DNA of 64,000 nucleotides from Thermodesulfobacteriota bacterium (GTDB taxonomy: Bacteria; Desulfobacterota_D; UBA1144; Nemesobacterales; Nemesobacteraceae): the NCBI GenBank assembly GCA_965229995.1, contig OZ245933.1, positions 16,792 to 80,791 on the forward strand. The letters are read 5' to 3'. A program made the translations under genes and the position numbers. This document shows positions 30,462 to 40,679 of the stretch, in pieces. Positions within the stretch are counted from its first letter, which is position 1; each line of letters starts with the position of its first letter. The notes below the pieces were generated by a model. That model saw only the letters and a list, made by a program, of their open reading frames with translations, did not search any database and was not told the DNA's origin.

Positions 30462-30926
30462 GTGACCGGGCAGTCCGACGAAAGTATTATGGCCTTGGCT
30501 ATTGGGGAAGCCGAGCGGGCCGCTTCGGCGGGCGAGGTTCCGGTCGGGGCTGTCATTGTCGATGCAGACGGAGCCGTAATATCGGCTGCCCATAACCTAC
30601 GGGAATCCGCCTCGGATTCGACCGCCCACGCCGAGATTCTGGCTATAAGACACGCATGCGGAGTTGTTGGGAACTGGAGACTTTCCGGTACTTCTATTTA
30701 CGTCACTCTCGAGCCCTGCGCCATGTGCATGGGAGCCATCGTTAACGCGAGAATAAACAGGGTGGTGTTCGGCGCCCCCGACCCCAAGGGCGGCGCGCTT
30801 GTAAGCAACTTCGGAATCGGCGTCGGAGGAGAACTCAATCACCGGGTGGAATTTTCAGGAGGAGTCTGCGGCAAGCAGTGTGCGCGCATTCTTGAGGATT
30901 TCTTCAGGACGCTTCGGGACTCTTGA
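30462..30926 (+). CDS. tadA: tRNA-specific adenosine deaminase
   Basis: CDA zinc motifs HAEILAIRHAC and PCAMCMGA. 154 aa. Confidence 0.9.
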   Translation: MTGQSDESIMALAIGEAERAASAGEVPVGAVIVDADGAVISAAHNLRESASDSTAHAEILAIRHACGVVGNWRLSGTSIYVTLEPCAMCMGAIVNARINRVVFGAPDPKGGALVSNFGIGVGGELNHRVEFSGGVCGKQCARILEDFFRTLRDS

Positions 30927-31578
30927 ATTCAGACTGCGGACTTACGACGATTTTTTTCGAGTTGCCATTGCTTGGGACAGTTTCGTACTTTATGTCTTCT
31001 TGCTTCTTGAGTTCGATATAGGCCATTTTTCTTTCGTAGGACGAGAGCTGCTCGATTGAGTGAGAGGTTCCGCTCTGTTTTACCTTCTGTACTGTCTCGG
31101 CGACTTTTTTCGGCACGTCAGAGTCCTTTTTTTTGTCCTCGTGTCCGGTAATGTTTATAGCAACCCGTTTCCTCCTTCCCTCGTCGCTGTTTTTCGAAGC
31201 TATCTTTCCGACTATGTACTCAAGAGATTTTATCATCTCCCCGTTTTTTCCTATAAGGAATTTCTTGTCTTTCACGTGCCATACTTCCAGTATTATCCTG
31301 TTTTCCGTCTCCTCGGCCTTTACGCTCTGCGGAGTTGAAAACAGAAATCCCAGAACGGTTTCAAGAGTTTTTTTCGCCCGAAACGCCTTTTCGCTCAACC
31401 CGCCCGTTTTTATCTCCACCCTGACTATGGCTTTCCTGCTGCCTATTCCCCAAATCCCCTTGGAGTCTTCCCTGATTACTTCGATTTCCACTTCGTCTTT
31501 TGAGACTCCGAGCTCCTCGCAGGCGTTCACCACGGCTTCGGAGATGGTTTTTCCTTCCTTTTCGATTACGTTAGCCAT
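30904..31578 (-). CDS. khpB: Jag/KhpB RNA-binding protein (Jag_N, KH and R3H domains)
   Basis: Sits directly downstream of yidC in the conserved rnpA-yidD-yidC-jag arrangement. A KH-like segment and a C-terminal R3H-like region are present. Confidence 0.75.
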   Translation of the reverse strand: MANVIEKEGKTISEAVVNACEELGVSKDEVEIEVIREDSKGIWGIGSRKAIVRVEIKTGGLSEKAFRAKKTLETVLGFLFSTPQSVKAEETENRIILEVWHVKDKKFLIGKNGEMIKSLEYIVGKIASKNSDEGRRKRVAINITGHEDKKKDSDVPKKVAETVQKVKQSGTSHSIEQLSSYERKMAYIELKKQEDIKYETVPSNGNSKKIVVSPQSEFKSPEAS

Positions 31579-31584
31579 TGTTAT

Positions 31585-33255
31585 TTATCCTCCTTCTGGA
31601 TCCGGAACCTGTCGATTGATGTACAGCTGCTGACCGACGGAGAGAATATTGCTCACGGTCCAGTAAAGAATCAGACCGGATGGCAGGCCCCAGAACATTA
31701 CAGTAAAAATTATAGGCATAAACTGCATGAGTTTCATCTGCATTTCCATCGTCTCGCTGCCCGGAGAGGTCATGGGGGTGAGTTTCTGCGAAAGAAACCA
31801 CGACACACCCATCAAAATGGGCAGTATCCGAAACGGTATTCCCATCACATCGAACAAGTGTTCGGGCTGGGAGAGGTCGTTTACCCAGAGAAACGAACTG
31901 TGTCTTAAATCTATTGAATACAAAAGCGCGAAATAAAGGGCTATGAAAACGGGAAACTGTATGAGCAATGGTAAACATCCCCCGAGACTGCTGAGAGGGT
32001 TTATATTGTTGCTCGTGTAAAGCTTCATCGTCTCGGCTTGCTGGGTCGACTTGTCGTCCTTGTATTTTTCTTTTATAGCGTCGATTTCGGGTTTTAGCCT
32101 CTTCATCTTGTTCTGAACGCCTTTCATAGATTTCATGCTTTTCACGGTCAGTGGAAGGAATACCACCCTGAGAAGGATCGTAAGCACTATTATGGAGATT
32201 CCGTAGTTGCTGAAAAAGTTGTTGACGAACTTAAGCAGCACGACGGCGATCTTGGTAAGTGATCCTACATAGCCGTAGTCGATAGCTTTTTCAAGATTGT
32301 ATCCAGCTTGCTTCAGGTCTAGTTCGTTTCTCGGGCCGAAATACGATTTCCACCCGACCTTGTAGCTTTTTCCCGCGGCCGTTTTCTGCTCCGGGTAGGA
32401 AAAACCTGCCCCGGCGAGACCTTTTGAGTCAAGGGGCTGCAGGTAGAGTCTCTGGTCTCCTCCTATTTCCGGCAGAAATGCGCTAAGAAAATATTTGTCG
32501 CCAAAACCGAACCAGTTTATCTCTCCGTTATACGTCTTGGTTTCCTTCAGGGGTTTTTTGGTTCGCTTGACCTCGCCTCCGACCATGGAGACAAATTCGT
32601 AAAGGGTGCTTGAACCGCTCTCATATACCGTGTTCTCCCAGCCGATGGATACCTTATGGCTTATCTGTCCCCGCGTTCCGTTGAAGACCTCGAGGTTTTC
32701 CTTTATGAAATATTTATCGGGGTAAAAGGAAAAGGTTTTTCTCACCGAAAGTCCGCCGGGTTTTTGCCAGACCAGATTGACTTCAAGCCCATCGGGGCCC
32801 ACGACCAAGTTCGTATCCCCTTTGTAGGAAAACGGTATTAGGTCCGGCATTTTTTCGTTCTTGACTCTAACGATAGTGTCAAACGACTTTTTCCCTTCAT
32901 TTATAACTCCCACAGGCACGGAATCCGTCTCGATCGTCTTTTTGTATTCCGCAAGGTCCCATCCGACCACCTTTCCCCCCAGAGTGTCTATCTCGGCGGT
33001 GTAAAGGTCGGATTTAACTTTTATGATCTTGGAAACATAGGAAGGTGCTACGGGTTCAAATTTCGTCGGGAGTTCCCGTACCGAACTTGTTTCTTCGGAA
33101 AAATTCTCCCCGACGGCAGGTGCCGACTCAGGCCTATCTATTGTTGCGGGGGTTTTTTCCTTGGGGGCTTTTGCGAAAAACGCCGAGTAACCGACTATTA
33201 CGAGTACTGACAATACCAGAAAGACAATATAGTTTTTCTTGAGGTCGCTGTTCAT
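31585..33255 (-). CDS. yidC: Membrane protein insertase YidC
   Basis: 556 aa. N-terminal TM helix, a large periplasmic domain and a C-terminal 5-TM core with conserved YidC/Oxa1 segments (NYGISIIVLTILLRVVFLPL, GCLPLLIQFPVFIALY). Confidence 0.92.
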   Translation of the reverse strand: MNSDLKKNYIVFLVLSVLVIVGYSAFFAKAPKEKTPATIDRPESAPAVGENFSEETSSVRELPTKFEPVAPSYVSKIIKVKSDLYTAEIDTLGGKVVGWDLAEYKKTIETDSVPVGVINEGKKSFDTIVRVKNEKMPDLIPFSYKGDTNLVVGPDGLEVNLVWQKPGGLSVRKTFSFYPDKYFIKENLEVFNGTRGQISHKVSIGWENTVYESGSSTLYEFVSMVGGEVKRTKKPLKETKTYNGEINWFGFGDKYFLSAFLPEIGGDQRLYLQPLDSKGLAGAGFSYPEQKTAAGKSYKVGWKSYFGPRNELDLKQAGYNLEKAIDYGYVGSLTKIAVVLLKFVNNFFSNYGISIIVLTILLRVVFLPLTVKSMKSMKGVQNKMKRLKPEIDAIKEKYKDDKSTQQAETMKLYTSNNINPLSSLGGCLPLLIQFPVFIALYFALLYSIDLRHSSFLWVNDLSQPEHLFDVMGIPFRILPILMGVSWFLSQKLTPMTSPGSETMEMQMKLMQFMPIIFTVMFWGLPSGLILYWTVSNILSVGQQLYINRQVPDPEGG

Positions 33256-33451
33256 ATGTTATTTCTTCAGGCTTTATCCAAGGTATGGGGCGCTATCGTG
33301 ATTTACGCGAAACACTGGTGAAACCGCTCCCGTTTTCTGTGCGTAATCCTAGGATGGAGTAGGAAATTAAAGAGTAAGAATTCATAAAGAGCAATAATAC
33401 ACGATAAGTTTCAATAGCAATAGACCGTTTTTTGTCCCCGCTTCAACCTGC

Positions 33452-33688
33452 TTACCGCTTTTTTTTCCTTACGGGGTCATATCCTCCCGCGCTTAGCGGA
33501 TGGCATCGCAATATTCTTTTAAGAGTCATCCAGGTTCCCGTAAAAGCCCCGTGTTCCTTGAGAGCTTCAATCGAATACGCTGAGCAGCTGGGATGGAACC
33601 TGCAGGTTGAGGGAAGCAGGGGAGAAACTGCTCTCTTGTATATTCTTACCAGAAAAACGAGGAATCTGACTGCGGGTTTTTCTTTCAT
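33452..33688 (-). CDS. yidD: Membrane protein insertion efficiency factor YidD
   Basis: 78 aa with the YidD motif YKRAVSPLLPSTCRFHPSCSAYSIEALKEHGAFTG. Confidence 0.9.
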   Translation of the reverse strand: MKEKPAVRFLVFLVRIYKRAVSPLLPSTCRFHPSCSAYSIEALKEHGAFTGTWMTLKRILRCHPLSAGGYDPVRKKKR

Positions 33689-34044
33689 TTAATGCGGCTT
33701 GCGAGCTTTTTTATCTCCGAGCGAAGCTCTGAAGACTTTTTATCCGATACGTCGTTTTTTACTACGAACACCACGTCGTTTGAGGAAAACGCAGGTTTGT
33801 TTTTCCTGAAGACCTCCCTCAACACCCTTTTCATTCTGTTTCTCCTGACGGAGCTTGAGGACGCTTTTTTGCCGACGGACACTCCCAGACGGGGGAACCC
33901 CAGAGAATTGAGTTTTACGTAGAGTATGAAGTTTGACGAATGGATTTTCGTGCCTTCTGAGAATATGTTGCGAAAATCGCGGGATGATTTTATCTTGAAT
34001 TTTGGAGGGAACGAGTTGTCGGACTCAGTTGCTACTTCTTCCAT
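33685..34044 (-). CDS. rnpA: Ribonuclease P protein component
   Basis: Conserved RnpA region ([13 protein letters not shown]...[24 protein letters not shown]). The track ORF (to 34275) is over-extended. The proposed start is the ATG at 34044 overlapping the rpmH 3' end, giving 119 aa. Confidence 0.75.
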   Translation of the reverse strand: MEEVATESDNSFPPKFKIKSSRDFRNIFSEGTKIHSSNFILYVKLNSLGFPRLGVSVGKKASSSSVRRNRMKRVLREVFRKNKPAFSSNDVVFVVKNDVSDKKSSELRSEIKKLASRIK

Positions 34045-34181
34045 CTCCCAACCGTGAGAACGTACCTTCCCTTGGCCGTTCTTCTCCTGAGTACGCTCCT
34101 TCCTCCCTTCGTGCTTAGCCTCGCGCGGAACCCATGAGTTCTCAGCCTCTTTTTTACGTGCGGTTGATAAGTCCTTTTCAT
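34032..34181 (-). CDS. rpmH: 50S ribosomal protein L34
   Basis: Hand translation of the minus strand gives [49 protein letters not shown] (49 aa), the canonical L34. It is missing from the ORF track because it is under 60 aa. Confidence 0.9.
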   Translation of the reverse strand: MKRTYQPHVKKRLRTHGFRARLSTKGGRSVLRRRTAKGRYVLTVGRWKK

Positions 34182-34261
34182 AGTGGGGGGTCAGAATAAC
34201 ACGTAAGGATTTGAAGGTCAAGAAAATCGGCTGGTTCCGGAATCCGGTGCCAGAGTGCAAA

Positions 34262-34303
34262 TTGACAACAAACAAGTTGTTGTCAATAATTGATAGCTAT
34301 CAA
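34262..34303. promoter_or_regulatory. Two adjacent perfect palindromes (TTGACAACAA-acaag-TTGTTGTCAA and TTGATAGCTATCAA); putative operator/bidirectional -35 elements
   Basis: Perfect 10-bp inverted repeat with a 5-bp spacer at 34262-34286 carrying TTGACA on both strands. It is immediately followed by a perfect 14-bp palindrome at 34290-34303. Both lie in the divergent rpmH/oadG intergenic region. Confidence 0.45.
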
Positions 34304-34335
34304 ATTCAAATGGTTTTTGAGATTCTTCGTTCGTT

Positions 34336-34560
34336 ATGATCCTTGAAGGCGTAAAACTTATGGTCATCGGCATGGTCATAGTACATGTTTTTCTCCTTGT
34401 CTTGATGCTGAGCGTGATCTTATCCGCGAGGCTATTTAAAGACAGCGGTGCTCGTGCGTCTTCGGATGCCGCGACGTCCACTAAATCCCGCAGGAACGTA
34501 ATTCCGGTCATAGCTGCAGCAGTTGCGGCCTACAGGGCAAAACATGCCGGCGACGGCTGA
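34336..34560 (+). CDS. oadG: Oxaloacetate decarboxylase gamma subunit (Na+-pump decarboxylase small membrane subunit)
   Basis: 74 aa with one N-terminal TM helix (LMVIGMVIVHVFLLVLMLSVI) and an Ala/Ser-rich tail. It sits directly upstream of oadA and oadB. Confidence 0.7.
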   Translation: MILEGVKLMVIGMVIVHVFLLVLMLSVILSARLFKDSGARASSDAATSTKSRRNVIPVIAAAVAAYRAKHAGDG

Positions 34561-34584
34561 TCTTGAAACCCCCGTGGTCTTGTC

Positions 34585-36408
34585 ATGAAGAAAATTTTAT
34601 TTCAGGATACATCGTTTCGCGACGGATTTCAGTCTGTTTTCGGCGCGAGAGTGCTTACAGAAGACTTTATCCCGGCGGTCGAAGCCGCTGGGGAAGCCGG
34701 AATAACCCATTTTGAAGCGGGCGGGGGAGCCAGGTTCCAGAGCCTGTTTCTTTACTGCGGAGAGTCCGCTTTTGATATGATGGACCGCTTCCGCGAGGCA
34801 GCGGGGCCGGATGCCAACCTGCAGACGCTAGCAAGGGGGATCAACGTGGTCGCCCTGTCCCAGCAGCCAAAGGACATGATAGATCTTCACGCCCGGATGT
34901 TCAAAAAGCACGGGATAACGCACATAAGAAACTTCGACGCCTTAAACGACGTGAGAAATCTCGAGTACTCGGGCCAGTGCATAAAAAACGCGGGTCTGCA
35001 TCACCAGGCCGTGGTAACGCTCATGGAGCTTCCGCCAGGCTGCGAGGGAGCCCACGACGTGGATTTCTATATAGACAGGCTCAGGAAAATACTCGATTCG
35101 GGACTTCCCTACGATTCCATATGCTTCAAGGACGCTTCGGGAACCTCGAATCCCAAAAAAGTTTACGAGACCCTGAAAGCTGCGAGAAAGCTCGTCGGAG
35201 AAAACGTCATTCTCTGGGTTCATACCCATGAGACAGCCGCTCAGGGAGTCAATCAGTACATGGCCGCCATAAACGGCGGGTGCGACGGAATCTGCGTCGC
35301 AAGAGCCCCAGTTTCAGGAGGAACTTCCCAACCTGACCTGGTAGCCATGTGGAACGCCCTTAAGGGAACCGAATATACGCTGGATGTGGATGTGAACAAG
35401 ATCCTCGAGGCAAATTCCGTGTTCAAGGAATGCATGTCGGGCTATTATTTCCCGCCCGAAGCCCTTCGGGTCTCCTCGGAAGTCCTTCTCTCTCCGATGC
35501 CCGGCGGAGCGCTTACCGCGAACACCATGATGATGAGAGACACCGGCACCCTTGATCTTTATCCGAAAGTCATCGAGGCGATGAGCGAATGCGTCGCCAA
35601 AGGGGGATTCGGAACCTCGGTTACCCCGGTTTCTCAGTTTTATTTCCAGCAGGCATATGCAAACGTCACGCAGGGACCTTGGAAGAAAATTACCGACGGT
35701 TACGGAAACATGGTGCTCGGCTACTTCGGACGCACACCCGTCCCGCCCGACTCTGAAGTCGTGGCGATAGCGGAAGAGCAGCTGGGCAAGCCGCGCTTCG
35801 AAGGCGACCCGCTCGACATACTCGAGCCCGGAATTCCGAAGGCAACCGAGATTCTTGAAAAAGAAGGCCTTCCTGTCACCGAGGAGAACATATTCATAGT
35901 CGGGGCGCTTCAGACTCAGGGCGGAAACAAGGGTCTTGAATTTCTCAAGGGGAATTTCAGCGTCAACATCAGAAGGGAAACGCCGGAGGAAAAGCCTTCG
36001 CTTTCGGGAAGACGCGGTCTCGGCACGAGCGTCGCGTCGAAAGTGTCCGGCACCGGGGAGAACTTCGTGATTACGGTTGACGGAAGAAGCTACAACGTAA
36101 CCGTAAAGGAAGGAACTTCAGAGATTGCCTCGGTGGCAGAAGCTCCCGCCGCGAAAACATCCTCCGCGATGGATGAAGATTCTCCCGATGTTGTGGCTGT
36201 TACGGCGAGCATACCCGGCAACGTGTACAGGGTGGTCGTCGGGGCAGGGGACAAGGTAAAGGAAAATGAAACGCTGATTCTGCTTGAAGCCATGAAAATG
36301 GAAACTCCGATTGCTTCTCCGTGCGACGGCGAAGTGGTGTCCATTGAGGTTGAACAGGGAGAGGTCGTGGAAGCAGGTCAGCTTATCCTGACCATTCTTC
36401 CCTCTTGA
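34585..36408 (+). CDS. oadA: Oxaloacetate decarboxylase alpha subunit (carboxyltransferase 5S domain plus C-terminal biotinyl domain)
   Basis: N-terminal pyruvate-carboxyltransferase TIM-barrel domain (FRDGFQS...). The C-terminal biotin attachment motif is EAMKMET. 607 aa. Flanked by oadG and oadB. Confidence 0.85.
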   Translation: MKKILFQDTSFRDGFQSVFGARVLTEDFIPAVEAAGEAGITHFEAGGGARFQSLFLYCGESAFDMMDRFREAAGPDANLQTLARGINVVALSQQPKDMIDLHARMFKKHGITHIRNFDALNDVRNLEYSGQCIKNAGLHHQAVVTLMELPPGCEGAHDVDFYIDRLRKILDSGLPYDSICFKDASGTSNPKKVYETLKAARKLVGENVILWVHTHETAAQGVNQYMAAINGGCDGICVARAPVSGGTSQPDLVAMWNALKGTEYTLDVDVNKILEANSVFKECMSGYYFPPEALRVSSEVLLSPMPGGALTANTMMMRDTGTLDLYPKVIEAMSECVAKGGFGTSVTPVSQFYFQQAYANVTQGPWKKITDGYGNMVLGYFGRTPVPPDSEVVAIAEEQLGKPRFEGDPLDILEPGIPKATEILEKEGLPVTEENIFIVGALQTQGGNKGLEFLKGNFSVNIRRETPEEKPSLSGRRGLGTSVASKVSGTGENFVITVDGRSYNVTVKEGTSEIASVAEAPAAKTSSAMDEDSPDVVAVTASIPGNVYRVVVGAGDKVKENETLILLEAMKMETPIASPCDGEVVSIEVEQGEVVEAGQLILTILPS

Positions 36409-36412
36409 GCGG

Positions 36413-37711
36413 ATGAAAAAACACGTACTCATTTTCGCGGTTCTTGCGTTTTCCTTGGGAATGTTCGCCGGTACCCCCGATTGTCTCGGGGAAACGGTGA
36501 GCGAGGGAACCGCCGCCGCGGAGCAAATCGAGAGACTTCCGTCTTTCCCCGTGCTTTTGAAAAACGTGGCTACCAGCACCGGTATCTACGGGTTCATTGC
36601 GGGTAACGCATCTTCCTGGATACACGGGTTCGGGATGTTTTTAATGATCCTGGTAGGGTTTCTTCTTCTTTACCTTGGGATCGCGAAGAAATTCGAACCT
36701 CTTCTTCTGGTTACGATAGCTTTCGGGTGCATATTATCCAATATTCCGCTTGCGGGAATAAACGACCCCGGCGGGATAATTTACTACATATATGATATCG
36801 GTATAAAGACCGGGGTTTTTCCCCTTCTCATATTCATGGGGGTCGGAGCACTTACCGATTTCGGCCCGCTTCTGGCCAATCCCAAAACGGTTCTTCTCGG
36901 AGGCGCGGCGCAGTTCGGCATTTTCTCGACACTGATCGGTGCGCTGGTGCTTACACGGTACGTGCCCGGAATCGAATTTTCCCTAAGCGACGCGGCGTCG
37001 ATAGGAATAATAGGGGGAGCGGACGGACCGACCGCGATTTATCTTTCCTCGCAGCTTTCCCCAAGGCTTCTCGGTGCTATCTCCGTCGCCGCGTATTCCT
37101 ACATGGCGCTTGTGCCGATAATCCAGCCCCCGATAATGAGGGCCCTCACTTCTCCTGAGGAGAGAAAAATAAGGATGAGGCAGCTTCGTCCTGTGTCAAA
37201 AAGAGAAAAGATAATGTTCCCGCTGATTGCCCTTACTCTCTGTTTTCTCCTTCTTCCCACTGCGGCGCCGCTCATAGGTTTTTTCATGTTCGGCAACCTG
37301 ATGAGAGAGTGCGGAGTTGTCGACAGGCTTTCAGATACAACGAGAAACGCGCTTATCAACATCGTTACCATATTTCTTGGCCTCGGGGTCGGATCGAAGC
37401 TTTCGGCTTCCGAATTTCTCTCCATGGAGACCTTGGGAATACTTCTCTTAGGGGTTGTGGCTTTCTGCATAGGCACGGCTGCCGGGGTGCTGATGGCCAA
37501 GCTGATGAATGTTTTCTCCGAAACCAAGATCAATCCTCTGATCGGCTCGGCCGGGGTCTCCGCGGTTCCTATGGCTGCCCGGGTTTCCCAGGACATGGGA
37601 TCCAAGGAGGATCCCCAGAACGTGCTTCTGATGCACGCCATGGGTCCGAACGTGGCCGGGGTCGTGGGTTCGGCCGTGGCGGCGGGAATGCTGCTTGCGG
37701 TTTTTCAGTAA
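36413..37711 (+). CDS. oadB: Na+-transporting oxaloacetate decarboxylase beta subunit
   Basis: 432 aa polytopic membrane protein with characteristic OadB/GcdB/MmdB segments ([30 protein letters not shown]). Confidence 0.85.
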   Translation: MKKHVLIFAVLAFSLGMFAGTPDCLGETVSEGTAAAEQIERLPSFPVLLKNVATSTGIYGFIAGNASSWIHGFGMFLMILVGFLLLYLGIAKKFEPLLLVTIAFGCILSNIPLAGINDPGGIIYYIYDIGIKTGVFPLLIFMGVGALTDFGPLLANPKTVLLGGAAQFGIFSTLIGALVLTRYVPGIEFSLSDAASIGIIGGADGPTAIYLSSQLSPRLLGAISVAAYSYMALVPIIQPPIMRALTSPEERKIRMRQLRPVSKREKIMFPLIALTLCFLLLPTAAPLIGFFMFGNLMRECGVVDRLSDTTRNALINIVTIFLGLGVGSKLSASEFLSMETLGILLLGVVAFCIGTAAGVLMAKLMNVFSETKINPLIGSAGVSAVPMAARVSQDMGSKEDPQNVLLMHAMGPNVAGVVGSAVAAGMLLAVFQ

Positions 37712-37752
37712 GTTCCTAATTTATCCAAAAGGATGTTTTTACGGGAGTTGTA

Positions 37753-38514
37753 ATGAGATTTGAAGGACGGTCTGCGATTATCACGGGAGGGGGGAGCGGA
37801 ATGGGGGAGGCGACGGCGTTTTTGCTGGCGCGAAACGGAGCCAGAGTTCTGATTGCCGGCAGAAGAGAGGAGAAGCTAAAAGAGGTATGCGGAAAGGCAA
37901 AAGACGAGGGACTTTCGATCGGATACAAAGTCTGCGATGTCTCCGTTGAGAGCGACTGCGCCGCAACCGTGGAAACCGCTCTTTGCGAGCACGGCAAGAT
38001 CGACATTCTTTTTAACAACGCGGGCATCATTTTTTCCTGCCCCTTTCACGAAATCGAAACGCAGAGATTCCAGGAAATCTTCGACATAAACGTGAAGGGA
38101 GCATTCATGATGTGCAAATACGCTATTCCTCACATGATTTCTGAGGGCAGAGGCTTTATCGTGAATAACTCTTCTGTTATCGGGTTAAAGGGTTTTGCGG
38201 GACTCTCAGCCTATTCGGCTTCCAAGGGGGCTCTTGTTCAGCTCACAAGAAGCATGGCCCTTGAATACGCTGACAAGGGGCTCAGAATAAACGCTGTCTG
38301 TCCCGGCGGGGTCTGGACGCCGATGTTTGACTCTTACCTTGAAAGAGCCGAGGATGCAGACGCCGCCCAGGCTTTCATGGAGTCGCTTCACCCTATGGGA
38401 CGGCTTGCTGACCCCTACGAAATAGCCGAAGCGGTTCTGTTCCTCTGCGATGAGAAAATCATGTTCAACACAGGTTCGATGCTTTCCATCGACGGCGGCA
38501 TAATAGCCAAGTGA
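37753..38514 (+). CDS. Short-chain dehydrogenase/reductase (SDR) family oxidoreductase
   Basis: TGGGSGMG cofactor-binding motif, NNAG, and the YSASK catalytic tetrad region. 253 aa. Confidence 0.85.
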   Translation: MRFEGRSAIITGGGSGMGEATAFLLARNGARVLIAGRREEKLKEVCGKAKDEGLSIGYKVCDVSVESDCAATVETALCEHGKIDILFNNAGIIFSCPFHEIETQRFQEIFDINVKGAFMMCKYAIPHMISEGRGFIVNNSSVIGLKGFAGLSAYSASKGALVQLTRSMALEYADKGLRINAVCPGGVWTPMFDSYLERAEDADAAQAFMESLHPMGRLADPYEIAEAVLFLCDEKIMFNTGSMLSIDGGIIAK

Positions 38515-38609
38515 TCCCGGTTCGACTGGTTGCGGTCGAGCGTCGGGCCGAGTTCGAAAAACAGTTTCTTTACAGCCCCTGACAGCCCCTGAAAATTTAC
38601 GGGGACTGA

Positions 38610-39908
38610 TCAGGGCGTTACGTTTTCTAAATCTGGAATACTGAAAACCTGTCTTGTACGACCGCCCTCGGCGTCGTATGTGTAGACGGAATAGCACCCC
38701 GCCCCTATGTCTCCGTTTTCATCAAACTTTATCGGTCCTGAAACTCCTTCGTAATTAATGTCGTCATTGGCGGTGGTCTCATCGGTAAGAGCCGCCGCGC
38801 ATTCGGCGTAACTTACGCACCGGTTGCCATCTCCCGTAACCTCCGCCATTTCGGAAACGTATTCGGAAGGGTTATTGCTTCCGGCGCTCAAAGCTGCAAG
38901 CGCGACCGCTACCACCGCGTCATACGTATGTACGGTGAACTGAAGAGAGGGAAATTCTTCAGGGTCAAAGCGTTTTTCAAATTCGGTTTTTCTTTCGGGA
39001 GGATCCGGCAGTGCGCACGGGGTCGTGCTCTTGAAGCCTTCAACCGTGGCGGAGTTGCCCGGGTCTACCAGTTCGTGCAGGTTCGCTACCGCAAGCGAGT
39101 CCGAGATGTAATATTTGGCCGCGGAGGGAACAATGGGTGAGTCGAGCATGCCTTTGATTATTTTTTCTCCTTCTCCTTCCGATACGATCATGATTATGGA
39201 ACCTACGCCGCCGATTCCGCTTACCGCCTCGATATCATCAAGTACATCCTGGGTTTTTTCGTTAAAATCCGGGTCACCGGAATCGTATAGTTCATACGAC
39301 ACGACCTTGGCGGCGGAGCGGCCTTGGGAGTCCAGTTCCTCGTTGATCAGTTCCGTGAGTTTCACTCCATAGTTGTCGCCGCGGTGGACTATCAACGCTT
39401 CGCCTTCGTTTCGCGCCTGGTCAACGAGAATTCTGGCTTGGAACGAATCGGTGGGAACTGTCCTGAAGAAAAAAGGGGTTCCCCCGGCCTCGGAAATTTT
39501 CCTGTTTTCTTCAGTCAGGGTAACGGAGGTTGCGGAAGGCGAAACTGCTACTAGGCTGTTTTCAACCAGGAAATCAAAAATTTTAACGGAGTTCCCCGAG
39601 GTTCCGGGCCCGATTATGGCCCTTGCTCCCATGTCCAGAAGTGCCCTTGCGGAGGCAAGCGGAGTCGCTACATCTCCCATTATAAGCTTTACGTTTCCGC
39701 CGGCTTTGTTGATGTCGTCTCTTGCGAGTTTCGCGGCCTTTATCATGGAATAGCGAAGTTCGGTTGTCTGAAGAAGCACGCCTATGCAGAGGGCGTCCTC
39801 GCAATCGGTATCGGCTTGCTCGTCGGTTCCGTCGCCGCATCCCGGGGATAAAAGAAGGGCGGTAACGATAAAGGATATAATCAAAAAGGCCATTTTTACG
39901 GTTTTCAT
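38610..39908 (-). CDS. ABC transporter substrate-binding lipoprotein (type I periplasmic binding fold, Liv/ANF-receptor-like)
   Basis: Signal peptide with lipobox (LLLSPGCGDG), followed by a periplasmic binding domain resembling the LivJ/K-like family. 432 aa. Confidence 0.65.
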   Translation of the reverse strand: MKTVKMAFLIISFIVTALLLSPGCGDGTDEQADTDCEDALCIGVLLQTTELRYSMIKAAKLARDDINKAGGNVKLIMGDVATPLASARALLDMGARAIIGPGTSGNSVKIFDFLVENSLVAVSPSATSVTLTEENRKISEAGGTPFFFRTVPTDSFQARILVDQARNEGEALIVHRGDNYGVKLTELINEELDSQGRSAAKVVSYELYDSGDPDFNEKTQDVLDDIEAVSGIGGVGSIIMIVSEGEGEKIIKGMLDSPIVPSAAKYYISDSLAVANLHELVDPGNSATVEGFKSTTPCALPDPPERKTEFEKRFDPEEFPSLQFTVHTYDAVVAVALAALSAGSNNPSEYVSEMAEVTGDGNRCVSYAECAAALTDETTANDDINYEGVSGPIKFDENGDIGAGCYSVYTYDAEGGRTRQVFSIPDLENVTP

Positions 39909-40123
39909 GACAAACTACTTACCTGCGTATCAGTTTGAAACCTCTCCCTTGGAACGGAAACCGGATTCTGTCTGACTTTAAACGACATTATAACCCTGAA
40001 TATTTATGCAAACAAATGCCATGGCGCCGGGGAATTGCCCGGATTTTCCCCAAGCACAAACGCGTCGTAAAAGAAGTTTTTTGTTTTCCGCGGTCCCGTA
40101 TTTTTGATTTTGGCGTTTCGCCC

Positions 40124-40151
40124 TTGACGGCTCACGATAACTGATTACAAT
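40124..40151 (+). promoter_or_regulatory. Promoter (TTGACG-N16-TACAAT) overlapped by a Fur-box-like sequence GATAACTGATTACAAT
   Basis: TTGACG at 40124-40129; TACAAT at 40146-40151. The overlapping GATAAcTGATtAcaAT resembles the GATAATGATAATCATTATC Fur-box consensus at roughly 12 of 16 positions. It lies about 40 nt upstream of the fur-family gene. Confidence 0.4.
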
Positions 40152-40189
40152 AAAGCCCAATTGAAAAATATTCTCATTTAACCTGCGTT

Positions 40190-40642
40190 ATGCTGAAAAA
40201 ATTTGAGTGCACACAGGAATCATACGCCAAGGAGGTTCTGCGGGGAAAGGGACTTAAATCCACCGCGCAGCGTCTTGCCGTCGTTCATGTTCTGCACACA
40301 AGCGGAAAATCACTTTCGGTTGGCGAGATACACGACGGGGTGAAAGAGATGCTCGGCGCCACGGGGCTTGCTACCATCTACAGAACACTTGAGATGTTTG
40401 AGGAACTGAGCATCGTTAAACGTCTTCATTTTCCCGACGGCGGTCACGGCTACGCGTTTTCCCAGGGCGAACACGTTCATCACATGGTGTGTGTTGACTG
40501 CAGGGGGGTTTTCGATTTCCCCGAGTGTCCGGTGGAGAGCTTTGATTACGCTTCCGTTGAAAAACAGGGGTTTCGTGTGGAGGATCATTTCATACAGCTT
40601 TTCGGCCAGTGTGGGAAATGCAGGGAACAGGTTGCGTGTTAG
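40190..40642 (+). CDS. Fur family transcriptional regulator (Fur/Zur/PerR-like)
   Basis: N-terminal winged-helix (QRLAVVHVLH...LSVGEIHDGV...ATIYRTLEMFEELSIV) and C-terminal metal sites (HVHHMVCVDC, H..C..CGKC). 150 aa. Confidence 0.85.
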   Translation: MLKKFECTQESYAKEVLRGKGLKSTAQRLAVVHVLHTSGKSLSVGEIHDGVKEMLGATGLATIYRTLEMFEELSIVKRLHFPDGGHGYAFSQGEHVHHMVCVDCRGVFDFPECPVESFDYASVEKQGFRVEDHFIQLFGQCGKCREQVAC

Positions 40643-40679
40643 AGGGTTTACAGACAGAGGCGGCTTAACATTGGATATA

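Noticed and set aside
34182-34335. oriC / DnaA-box cluster next to rpmH.
   Set aside because: No TTATCCACA-like 9-mers and no dnaA gene nearby. The palindromes present have a different sequence.
37099-37641. 180-aa ORF antisense to oadB.
   Set aside because: Embedded opposite a conserved membrane protein gene. No independent support.
38515-38609. Repeated CAGCCCCTGA decamer and a small hairpin between the convergent SDR and SBP genes.
   Set aside because: Only two copies, and a weak 4-bp stem without a U-tract. Probably a fortuitous or weak bidirectional terminator, not a repeat element.
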